NCBI GenBank assembly: GCA_038247415.1
Contig: JBBRUX010000003.1
Location: 64,001-128,000 of the forward strand
DNA length: 64,000 nt
Reading direction: 5' to 3'
Source of the DNA: Chitinivibrionales bacterium
GTDB taxonomy: Bacteria > Fibrobacterota > Chitinivibrionia > Chitinivibrionales > WJKA01
Under the pieces are notes generated by a model. It saw only the letters and a program-made list of their open reading frames with translations. It ran no database searches and was not told where the DNA came from. Shown here piece after piece: positions 20,039 to 28,474 of the stretch. A program made the translations under genes and the position numbers. The first letter of the stretch is position 1. Each line of letters begins with the position of its first letter.

Positions 20039-21687
20039 GGTAATTTGACTGAAATGGATGCTGAAATCTCAAAAAAGGAGGTCTTGGTAGTTGTCGTAGT
20101 TCCTATTTCGGTAGAATAAGATCCCAAAAGATCTGCCCGTATATGCCTGTTAAGAGTATAGCCTAAAGCTCCTTGTATGCCAAGGGTATTTGAAAGGGAT
20201 AGCAGAGGAGAATCGCTTGACGCGGGCCGATCCATACGGTAACTTCCGTCGATGCTTATCTCAATTGTTGGAGCTGTAAAGGAGATTCCAGCCCGAGGAG
20301 AGATGGTATAGCCACTTTCCCAAATCATAGCAGAATCATATAAAGTATATCCATTATCACTTGTGGTAACCGCGGGATAATTCCCTATAAGAAATTCACA
20401 TCCAAATGTCAATAAAAGAGGATCGGATAGATCGAGAGAAAACTCCGGGTCACATCGAAATGCATGACCAACAAGAGTATATGAATCTTTGATAGTACGA
20501 AGCGTTTTAGTATAGAGCAATGAATCGGCCGGGTTGACTATATGTGATGAGTCGGTGCGAATGATGGTGTCTTGAGTTGAGATTATTGAATCGTTGTAAT
20601 AGCGAGAGGTATAGGTATACAATATGGCGCAGGATAGCGAAAGCAGTGTGCCAGTAGTAATAGATGCTGTAAGCGAGTTTTCGGATTCAAAACTTGTATG
20701 GAGAAAATCTCGACTTAGGCACGAAGTTGAAAGCGCCGTACTTGAGAAAAAAAGATTCGCGTTTGTGCCCCAATAGGACGCGTGAAGGGCTGGGCCAGCG
20801 CTTACATTATCTAATGAATCGTCGGGGCCTTGATAATTGGTATAGGCAGAAGATAGTATGAACTGGATAGTAGATTGCGGTGTAATTAAGTACGAAAGTG
20901 AAGGCGATATATGAATGTTTTGAAACGACGATGCCCCACTGCGGTCGAACATAGTTGATACCGCATTGGCTGCAATAGGCAAACTCAGCACGAGATGTTT
21001 TTTGCAAAGGGTATCAACACGAGTGACTTCCAGAGACCCTCGTATGTTGTCGGCAGAATCTTTCCAGGGCTGATTTACATTTTTAGTACCACCCAGAGTC
21101 CCCGTCGACACCACATGTCCTAAGGGCGATTGCAATTGCCAATTGATAGACGCCGATGCTCGGGCATTTGATACTTCTGTTTGTAAAGAAATGGATCGTA
21201 GGCTCGGGGTGATTTTTTCTAAAAGTACCGTGGCGCTCAATTCGCCGTTATAGACCTCCGTGTCAAGCGAATTGTAGCTCTTAGATGCCGAATCGATAAA
21301 TAAATAACTCGATGAATCGGAATTTTCTGAAAATCCGGCCTGTGCTTGAATAGTCCATGTTGGCTTTAAGGAATTAGATGCACGGGAGGGTTTTACGTTT
21401 TGTGTACTTTTATTTGAATCTGCTACCACAGGCGAATTACCCAAAGGAAGCAGCGCCAGCGCATCTAAAAAAAGCTTAGCACGTGCGAGCTCATCTGCAG
21501 CACGCAGGTAGGCACTATCTTCTTCGGTTGGTTTGTTTTTAGTCAAGGCCTCTCGCCCGAGTTCGAATAAGAGAGAATCCTGCGTAATGGGTTCGGATTG
21601 AGCTTTGGAAAGCGTGAATAGCCCAATGAATGCTGCGCAATAAGCTATGTAATGAATGCGCCAATGTAGGGGAAAAACATGCAGCAT
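20035..21687 (-). CDS. Exported Ser/Thr-rich beta-strand protein, possible outer-membrane barrel
   Basis: Signal-like N-terminus; alternating amphipathic strands; C-terminal FFEISASISVKLP; ATGA overlap with the kinase gene. Confidence 0.55.
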   Translation of the reverse strand: MLHVFPLHWRIHYIAYCAAFIGLFTLSKAQSEPITQDSLLFELGREALTKNKPTEEDSAYLRAADELARAKLFLDALALLPLGNSPVVADSNKSTQNVKPSRASNSLKPTWTIQAQAGFSENSDSSSYLFIDSASKSYNSLDTEVYNGELSATVLLEKITPSLRSISLQTEVSNARASASINWQLQSPLGHVVSTGTLGGTKNVNQPWKDSADNIRGSLEVTRVDTLCKKHLVLSLPIAANAVSTMFDRSGASSFQNIHISPSLSYLITPQSTIQFILSSAYTNYQGPDDSLDNVSAGPALHASYWGTNANLFFSSTALSTSCLSRDFLHTSFESENSLTASITTGTLLSLSCAILYTYTSRYYNDSIISTQDTIIRTDSSHIVNPADSLLYTKTLRTIKDSYTLVGHAFRCDPEFSLDLSDPLLLTFGCEFLIGNYPAVTTSDNGYTLYDSAMIWESGYTISPRAGISFTAPTIEISIDGSYRMDRPASSDSPLLSLSNTLGIQGALGYTLNRHIRADLLGSYSTEIGTTTTTKTSFFEISASISVKLP

Positions 21688-21771
21688 AGATATGTTGTAA
21701 ATAAAGGTCTTGGTTTCGTTGAGATGCTAGCATAAAATACATGGCGACCAGTCTGCCTATCTTCTTCTCGA

Positions 21772-23232
21772 TTATTCTGTAATGTCGCCAAGGGAAGTGG
21801 AATCGTCTTCGAAGGGCACTGCAATAGCGCTTGTGGGCGCAACCAAAGATGTTGAAGCATCTTTTTGTGATATGATCTCTAAAAGCAGTACTTGGGCCTT
21901 TGCTAAATCTGCACGATTGTCAGATGCGAGAGCTTCTGAAAGGATCTTTTTTGCTTGAGTGAGTTGTTGTTTTTCTTGCGGGGTCTGTGCTATTTCTTGC
22001 GCACGCTTAAGAAGCTCTGCAGAGGTAGATTGCGACGTAGTAGATGTTTGCAGGGCGGGGGGATTTTGGGTTGCAATATCAGCAGCTTTTGCAGCGAAGC
22101 GAAGCGCAATATCGAGCTCTGCTTTTGCAATCCTAAGATTGTTTCGGTTTTTTGCTGCTTCTGCTCGAAAACGATGTTCGATTGCTTTACTCATAATATC
22201 CCGAGCAAGCGCATTTCCCGATTTGGCAACGAGTTCCTTAGCATTTTCGATGCGCATAAGGGCACTTTCTAAACGGGCGACATCGGCGTTAAGGTTTTTA
22301 TTATTTTCTTGCATGATTGCGTCAACAAAGCCTCTTGCTTGACGTGCATGCAAAAACGCTTTTGAAATGTTTTTCGTGGAAAGTGCTGTTGCAGATCGGG
22401 CATTTTCATCTTTGGCGAGCGTTAAAAGTTGCAGTGCACGGTCTGAAGGCATTGTAGTAAGCGCTTCAATTTTTGTAATCATGTCAAGCGTCATTTCTGC
22501 ATATGCTGCAATACTAGCTGCTTTGATGTTTTCGGCGAGCGTATCAAGAGTCGTTGCTTTCAGCGATTGCGCCATGTCACGAGCTTTGAGTGTTAGCTTA
22601 AGCGAACGCTCGAGTGCTCTATTTGCAAACGCTTTTTTTGCAAGATCTTGCATACTGAGTGCGCTTTTTAGTTTGTCGGCATCTTGTTGAGAGGGAGATA
22701 GTAGCGAGCGTGCTGCAGTGGCGATAACCTGGTCGGTTTTTCGAATGATTTCGGGTGCCCGCCTGGCAATGGCTGCTCGTCCCCGCATGTGCTGGCCATA
22801 GGTGCGAAGCGATTGGAGGTATGCAGTAACATCAGATTCTAATGAGCTTATTTTTGATGACAGGGTAGATAAACGTGATTGACAGATAAGACATAACCGA
22901 TCGGAGGCAATATCGCGTGCAAGTGCATCGCGACTCATGCGAACATCAATCATACGAGAGGACAATGCCAAGCTTCGAGCTTGTTCTGTGGCTTTATTAA
23001 TAAACTGGGTTATAGCAGATTTGTCGGCATCATCAACGATTCTGCTAAGAGTAACCAGAGCAAACCATTTGTTTTCTAGATCTTTTAGTTTAACTACAAT
23101 TTTTTCGAGGCGAGTGTTTTCGCGCGTGAGATCTGTTGAGATGTCTGCCCAGGCATTTAAAGAAAATCCCATGAGCAACCACATGGGAAGGATTTTGGAG
23201 CACAGAGAAAATAGTAAACGATATGAATTCAT
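21772..23232 (-). CDS. Exported all-helical Ala/Leu/Lys-rich repeat protein
   Basis: Signal peptide ending SLNAWA; repeated helical units (ALERSLKLTLKARDMA, AFLHARQARGFV); AAAGGAG SD. Confidence 0.6.
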   Translation of the reverse strand: MNSYRLLFSLCSKILPMWLLMGFSLNAWADISTDLTRENTRLEKIVVKLKDLENKWFALVTLSRIVDDADKSAITQFINKATEQARSLALSSRMIDVRMSRDALARDIASDRLCLICQSRLSTLSSKISSLESDVTAYLQSLRTYGQHMRGRAAIARRAPEIIRKTDQVIATAARSLLSPSQQDADKLKSALSMQDLAKKAFANRALERSLKLTLKARDMAQSLKATTLDTLAENIKAASIAAYAEMTLDMITKIEALTTMPSDRALQLLTLAKDENARSATALSTKNISKAFLHARQARGFVDAIMQENNKNLNADVARLESALMRIENAKELVAKSGNALARDIMSKAIEHRFRAEAAKNRNNLRIAKAELDIALRFAAKAADIATQNPPALQTSTTSQSTSAELLKRAQEIAQTPQEKQQLTQAKKILSEALASDNRADLAKAQVLLLEIISQKDASTSLVAPTSAIAVPFEDDSTSLGDITE

Positions 23233-23260
23233 AGGAAACTCCTTTTTGATCCATCTTTAC

Positions 23261-23276
23261 CGCAAAGCCTATGCCA
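23261..23276 (-). promoter_or_regulatory. Sigma-54 (-24/-12) promoter
   Basis: Minus strand reads TGGCAT-AGGCT-TTGCG, matching TGGCAC-N5-TTGC, 28 bp upstream of the ATG at 23232. Confidence 0.75.
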
Positions 23277-23389
23277 GTAACTAAAAAAACTCAGAAATTC
23301 AATTGTAATGTTGTACCAGGGAGAAAAAACCGTTACTCTGCTTATATAATGCTCATCTTAGTATAGCGGTGTGTACGAGATGGTACACA

Positions 23390-23926
23390 TTATAGGGTTA
23401 ATTTCAACTGAATGCCTGTGGATCGCCCTGAAGCTTTGGGCACAAGGGCAAAGCTCTTATGGCGTGGCGTGGTAAAATAAAGCGCCGGCAGAATGCCAAC
23501 TAAAGCACCAGCAATCACATCTTCGGGATAATGTTTATGAGCAGCAATTCGTGTTGCACCAGTAACAAGTGCAAGCCCAAGGGCAGGAATACCAATACGT
23601 GGCCCATATCTTTTGTAAAGAAATACTGCGGGAGCAAACGTCATTGAAGTATGGCCGGAAACAAATGAGTAGGGTTCTGTATCTGGCCTTGTTTTGGGTA
23701 TAGTAAGCTTTGTCCAGCCCGTGATAAGGGCGGCGGTTCCAAATGATTCTCCATACTGTAAAGTGCCTTCGTAATCATGTTCCAAAAGGGTGTAACCCCC
23801 CGCCGCAAGGGGTAGTGCAACTCGTAAAATGTCACCGCACAGCGCAAATGCTTTTTCTTGCGACGACTCGGATGCGTTACTCATACAGCATAAAAAAAAG
23901 AGACTTACAGCAACTTTGCTAAACAT
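23390..23926 (-). CDS. PAP2 family phosphatase
   Basis: KLTIPKTRP, SFVSGH, TRIAAHKHYPEDV (C1-C3 motifs). Confidence 0.88.
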   Translation of the reverse strand: MFSKVAVSLFFLCCMSNASESSQEKAFALCGDILRVALPLAAGGYTLLEHDYEGTLQYGESFGTAALITGWTKLTIPKTRPDTEPYSFVSGHTSMTFAPAVFLYKRYGPRIGIPALGLALVTGATRIAAHKHYPEDVIAGALVGILPALYFTTPRHKSFALVPKASGRSTGIQLKLTL

Positions 23927-23972
23927 TGGTAGTATCCTTGAGGGAGTGTTTACAGGATCATACTAATTTAAT

Positions 23973-25751
23973 TTAGGCCGGAGGCACAATATCTTGCCTT
24001 GTGCACAATGCCCGGTACTGTTCGCAGGTATAGTAGATTTCTGCGTGGCTTCCGGCTGCAATGCTTGTGCCTTTTTCTAGATATACTATGGTGTCGCATT
24101 CGAGTACCGTAGAAAGCCTGTGGGCAATGATAACTGCAGTTCGTCCTTGAAAAAGCTTTTTCATGGTTGTCTGAATCTTTTTTTCTGTAATGCTATCAAG
24201 GGCAGATGTTGCTTCGTCAAACAGTACGATGGGAGGATTTTTGAGAAAAACGCGAGCAATAGAAAGTCTTTGGCGCTGCCCACCCGAAAGTCTTACTCCT
24301 CGCTCTCCCAGTACCGTGTCAAGACCTTGAGCCATTTCATTAACAAAGGTGAGTGCCATGGCATTTTCGAGGGCTTGTGATATTTCTTCATCGGTCGCAT
24401 CCGATTTGGCAATGAGCATATTTTCGCGAACGCTTCCGCTGAGGATGGTTGTATCCTGCATCACAAAACCAACCTGTTCTCGGAGGCTCTGTTGGGCAAT
24501 ATCGAGAATATCAACCCCGTCAAGCAGCACCTGCCCCGATTGAGGCTTCATGAAGCGCAAGAGCATATGGGCAATGGTCGATTTGCCTGCACCACTTTCG
24601 CCAACGATTGCAACACTCGTGTGAGGCTTTATGGTTAGCGAAAAATTCGAGAGCACAATTTTAGTTGGGTCTGCGGGGTATGCAAAGAGCACATTTTTAA
24701 AGGATATCGATCCTGTTAAATCAAACGATTGTGCACGCGGCCTATCTTCGATAAGCGGGGTTTGTTTAAAAAATTCTATGATGCGATCGAAGCTTGCGAA
24801 GGAGGAAAAAACTTGTGCCAATTGACTCAGAACATTTGCTGCATGCCATGACGAAGATCTCCAGTAGGTAAAAAAGGCGACAAGCGTTGCAACAGTAAAT
24901 TTGGGCCCAATAAGCAATGCCCCCAGTGCGAGCATGAACAGGGGGCCAATTAAGGTAATAAAGGTATTGATGGTATCGCTATAATAGATGCCCACTCGTT
25001 TACTGCGCAGTGTTTTTTTTAGAAACGAGTCACACAGTTCTCGTATCGAGGCAGAGAAACGTTCTTCCTGTGCAAACGATTGAATAAGGGTCATCGATGA
25101 AATGTTTTCGGTCATACGCGCGTTTACTTTGCCAAGATCATCGCGAGCTTGTCGGTTAAGAGAACGCATAAAGGGAAATATGCGTAAAGAAATGAGGAGG
25201 AGTATAAGCAGCACCCCTCCATAGAGCGCAAGCATAGTAGTATTAAGAAATCCCATGATAATAACCGAGGTTGTAAGAAGGCTAAGAACCCAAAACATAT
25301 ACTGAAATTGACTATACAGTTCCATAACACCGGTCATAGTATCGTTTGTTAATCGTGAGGTAATTTCTCCCACATGGGTGCGTTGATAAAAATCGAGATC
25401 TAATCGCTGCAGATGTGCATACAGTTCGGTTTGGATAGATACCATGGTCTTGGCTCCAATAACCTGCCAGAGGGTATGCTGTGTTACGGCAATTGCATAA
25501 AAAACAATAACTACAGCCATGCCAACACACGAAAAGGGAAGAAGCTCCCGGTGTACAAAGGCCACAGGATCTTTAAGCAATCTGTCAACAACATAGCCAA
25601 GCATCCCTGGTACAATGCCTTGAATAATGCCATCGAGCGAAAGAAGAAAAACATGAAGAGGAATTAGTTTTCGGGTTGGTCCTGCATATTTCCAGAAAGT
25701 CGATACTATTTCGGCAATCTTGGCTTGACGCGGTAAGGTTTGTGTTTTCAT
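23973..25751 (-). CDS. ABC exporter, fused permease/ATPase (MsbA-like)
   Basis: TM domain; GESGAGKS; LSGGQRQR; LFDEATSALD; IAHRLS. Confidence 0.93.
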   Translation of the reverse strand: MKTQTLPRQAKIAEIVSTFWKYAGPTRKLIPLHVFLLSLDGIIQGIVPGMLGYVVDRLLKDPVAFVHRELLPFSCVGMAVVIVFYAIAVTQHTLWQVIGAKTMVSIQTELYAHLQRLDLDFYQRTHVGEITSRLTNDTMTGVMELYSQFQYMFWVLSLLTTSVIIMGFLNTTMLALYGGVLLILLLISLRIFPFMRSLNRQARDDLGKVNARMTENISSMTLIQSFAQEERFSASIRELCDSFLKKTLRSKRVGIYYSDTINTFITLIGPLFMLALGALLIGPKFTVATLVAFFTYWRSSSWHAANVLSQLAQVFSSFASFDRIIEFFKQTPLIEDRPRAQSFDLTGSISFKNVLFAYPADPTKIVLSNFSLTIKPHTSVAIVGESGAGKSTIAHMLLRFMKPQSGQVLLDGVDILDIAQQSLREQVGFVMQDTTILSGSVRENMLIAKSDATDEEISQALENAMALTFVNEMAQGLDTVLGERGVRLSGGQRQRLSIARVFLKNPPIVLFDEATSALDSITEKKIQTTMKKLFQGRTAVIIAHRLSTVLECDTIVYLEKGTSIAAGSHAEIYYTCEQYRALCTRQDIVPPA

Positions 25752-25779
25752 AGGTTACACAGGTGTCCTTGAATTAAAC

Positions 25780-25824
25780 AAAAAAACCTTGAATGCGACT
25801 GAAATCAGGCAACATTCAAGGTTT
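25780..25824 (-). terminator. Intrinsic terminator just beyond the duplicated tRNA-Pro 3' end (probably the original tRNA terminator)
   Basis: AAACCTTGAATG...CATTCAAGGTTT stem with a T-run on the minus strand. Confidence 0.65.
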
Positions 25825-25834
25825 AGATAAATCG

Positions 25835-25888
25835 AAAGAATCGGGGTGACTGGATTTGAACCAGCGGCCACTTGAACCCCATTCAAGT
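25835..25888 (-). repeat. 54-bp direct repeat (att-like copy of the tRNA-Pro 3' portion)
   Basis: Identical to 27766-27819: AAAGAATCGGGGTGACTGGATTTGAACCAGCGGCCACTTGAACCCCATTCAAGT. Confidence 0.95.
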
Positions 25889-25954
25889 CTCATAATTTAA
25901 AATAGTTGTTTTCTTTTGGGAATTGCAAGAAACAGAGATGGGCATTTTGTTAGC

Positions 25955-26517
25955 TTAATTCTGTCGCCCATCATCCCGTGCAAGATAGCGGACAATACAG
26001 GAGTTGAAAAGAAGCCAAGAAAGAGAGCCCATTCGTGCAGTAACTGTTACCTGCTGAGAATTAAATAGGCACGATTTGTGAATGGAACATTGATGGGTAA
26101 GATCAAGAATGAATCCTGATGTGAATGATCGCACCAAGGGGGTAAGTAGAATTTTTTGAAACTGTTGTAACGCCTCAAACCGTCGATAACAGAAGCAGGA
26201 ACGTCTTTGTCTAGCTCAATCAGAGGTGATACGTGGGAGTATTCCAAGTCATGTCTATCTCGATCCAGATCACAGGTATTTCCTATAATGATCCATTGAG
26301 CACATTCTCCGTCTATCGTAGAAATATCTCCTTCAGAATCAATCACAGGAAAAGGTGACCGAAATTGCACGACATCGCCTTGGCATAATGCAACATCTGG
26401 GAGTGTATCGTCAGAGTAGAAAATCCTAAATATACTTTGAGTCGATATGAGGTCTTTTATTTGGGTCGTCAATGTATCAAAATCGTACGTGGGAGGCCAC
26501 CCACGAGAAGTGGTCAT
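25955..26517 (-). pseudogene. Frameshifted putative PemK/MazF-like-fold protein (QGD...NTCD type)
   Basis: ORF 26517-26047 (LCQGDVV...IIIGNTCDL...VSPLIEL...FYLP) continues plausibly in the overlapping frame 26137-25955 (GFILDLTH...LFNSCIVRYLARDDGR). Confidence 0.6.
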
Positions 26518-26936
26518 GACATTTTCTTATAGGGATTGATAAAGAGTTTCTTAGTTTTAACTTCTCTGCCCGCAAAGTGCGAATCAATGGCCTTATCAAC
26601 TTCGGCATCCACAGGAAGAAATGCCCTTCTCTGGATGAATTGAAGCCCTTGGAACAGCGGGGTAGAAAAGTCGTCGACAGAACAAACTTCGCTGAGATTC
26701 ATTGGAACGAGATTTGATTCCGCAGAGGAGAGTGTTAAACTTGAAGTGTTCTTGATGCCCATAAACCCTCCGCCACTTGAAAAATGTACAGCTGTCGAAT
26801 AGAGAGGTTCTGTTTCGGCAGCATAGGTTGTAGATGGTGACAATGCGATACCGCTTAATACTACCATGGCGGCAGCAAGAGGGAAGCGGTTTTGAAAAGG
26901 ACCTTTGTCAACTGATGAATACGTCGGGGATTCCAT
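26514..26936 (-). CDS. Hypothetical 140-aa protein with hydrophobic N-terminal stretch and Ser-rich linker
   Basis: Starts 1 bp after the upstream stop; ATGA overlap with the downstream gene. Confidence 0.7.
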   Translation of the reverse strand: MESPTYSSVDKGPFQNRFPLAAAMVVLSGIALSPSTTYAAETEPLYSTAVHFSSGGGFMGIKNTSSLTLSSAESNLVPMNLSEVCSVDDFSTPLFQGLQFIQRRAFLPVDAEVDKAIDSHFAGREVKTKKLFINPYKKMS

Positions 26937-26937
26937 C

Positions 26938-27684
26938 TTAATACTCCGGATTGAGCGTATCGATAAATTCCTGTTTTAATAATGAAAAGAATAATTCCTT
27001 CTCACGAGAATGGCATTCGTCAATCAATTCGAATAGACCAGAAAATGAAAACCCGGCGGTAGACTCGAAAAATGTATCTGAATCAAGCACTGACCCAGTT
27101 TTTTGAGCCCCTTGTATCGTAGCTTGGGAATTATTCGCAATCTGAATGTTAGTCAGGAATTTACCGTATTCGACTACCGACCGATAGATTCGTTGCTTAG
27201 AAGGAAGAGGTTTCTTGTCAACAATAATATCAGGCATGGTAAATGTGACGTTATCGAAAATGTCATTTTCGAAGAAATCAATGTATCGAATACCTATGCG
27301 AGTAAACTTGGAAACAATCTCGACTTTATTAAGTTTATCGAGGATGTCTTTGAGCTTAAGTAAAAATTTATCCCATCCGACATACTCGCCAACATTAGAG
27401 AGAGAAACCACTCGCGGCCCTATCCTTAAAACAAAGGATGATGACACGCCTTGATAATGTGGAGAAAATTTTAAGTTTGGGTCATGGTTGCGCAGTGGCT
27501 CAGGAACATCAGCAACAGGCAACCGTTGAAATTGCGGGTATTCGGTTTTGACTGCTGAGAAGATAATACCAAAAATGGCATCTGGCTGAATCGCGCTATC
27601 AAAGCGGAGTTCGACGACAGAGTCTATTATTGGGCAAAGAGCAATTCTTTTTGGTAAGCGCATCATACTTTTAAAATATAGCAT
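26938..27684 (-). CDS. TIGR04255 family protein
   Basis: CPIIDSVVELRF, Y.GWDKF, RIGIRYIDFF, VLDSDTF, H..EKELFFSLL...LNPEY. Start may be at 27663. Confidence 0.8.
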   Translation of the reverse strand: MLYFKSMMRLPKRIALCPIIDSVVELRFDSAIQPDAIFGIIFSAVKTEYPQFQRLPVADVPEPLRNHDPNLKFSPHYQGVSSSFVLRIGPRVVSLSNVGEYVGWDKFLLKLKDILDKLNKVEIVSKFTRIGIRYIDFFENDIFDNVTFTMPDIIVDKKPLPSKQRIYRSVVEYGKFLTNIQIANNSQATIQGAQKTGSVLDSDTFFESTAGFSFSGLFELIDECHSREKELFFSLLKQEFIDTLNPEY

Positions 27685-27771
27685 ATGTTTCAGTTTAACA
27701 CTAAAACAATTTACTCGTTAAAAAAAGCCCTCAAAAATGCATTTTTTTACATTTCTGAAGGCAATAAAGAA

Positions 27772-27845
27772 TCGGGGTGACTGGATTTGAACCAGCGGCC
27801 ACTTGAACCCCATTCAAGTGCGCTACCAGACTGCGCTACACCCCG
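27772..27845 (-). tRNA. tRNA-Pro(GGG), CCA not encoded
   Basis: Minus strand CGGGGTGTAGCGCAGTCTGGTAGCGCACTTGA-AT GGG GT-TCAAG...GGTTCAAATCC...CACCCCGA. Confidence 0.95.
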
Positions 27846-27902
27846 AGGCTAATAAAATAATTAATTTTTTAAGCGAGCGCTATTGAATTTGAAATTATAG
27901 AG

Positions 27903-28472
27903 CTAGATTGATGATTGAATTATTGCGGCAGAATCTAGGTGCGCCATACTCATCTGGCATCCACAATAATTTTGCCGATATATGGCATATTCCTTGCAAA
28001 GCCCCAGACTTTCTAAAAAGCCATTCTTTTTTTTAAGATCAACATCGAGATACTGTATGGTATAGGCATAAGACGCTTTTGAGGCTGATGCACGAATCAT
28101 AGAAATGCTTTTATGGGGGCTTACCGATAGCACGGTTCCAAAGTGGGAAAAATTATTTTTTTTTGCATAGTCGGCAGCAGTTTCAAGGCGGAGGTCGATG
28201 CAGACCTCACAGCGTGCCCCTTTTTCTGGCTCATTTTCCAGTCCCTTAATTTTTTGAATGAAGAAGTCGGTGTTGTAATTTCCCTCTGTAAATGGTATTG
28301 AGAGCAGTTGCGCTATTCGCTGCGCTTCATCGCGCCTTTTAAGGTATTCGCTTGTGGGGAAAATGTTAGGATTGTAAAAGAAGATTGTTATATCCCAATC
28401 GCAGCGTAATCGCATGATGCCCACAATTTCGTCGGGCGCACAGCAGCTATGAAGAAGAAGTTTAGGAGACAT
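27903..28472 (-). CDS. queH: Epoxyqueuosine reductase QueH (DUF208)
   Basis: LLLHSCCAP, FFYNPNI, EPEKGARCEVC, SPHK, YRQNYCGC. Confidence 0.9.
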   Translation of the reverse strand: MSPKLLLHSCCAPDEIVGIMRLRCDWDITIFFYNPNIFPTSEYLKRRDEAQRIAQLLSIPFTEGNYNTDFFIQKIKGLENEPEKGARCEVCIDLRLETAADYAKKNNFSHFGTVLSVSPHKSISMIRASASKASYAYTIQYLDVDLKKKNGFLESLGLCKEYAIYRQNYCGCQMSMAHLDSAAIIQSSI

Positions 28473-28474
28473 GT

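Larger units (their letters stand above)
25835..27819. mobile_element. Integrase-less mini genomic island inserted in tRNA-Pro(GGG)
   Basis: Perfect 54-bp flanking direct repeats; three tightly coupled co-oriented ORFs inside; no recombinase ORF. Confidence 0.85.

Noticed and set aside
25841..25888. Second tRNA-Pro gene
   Set aside because: Lacks the 5' acceptor strand and D arm; it is an att-type duplication.
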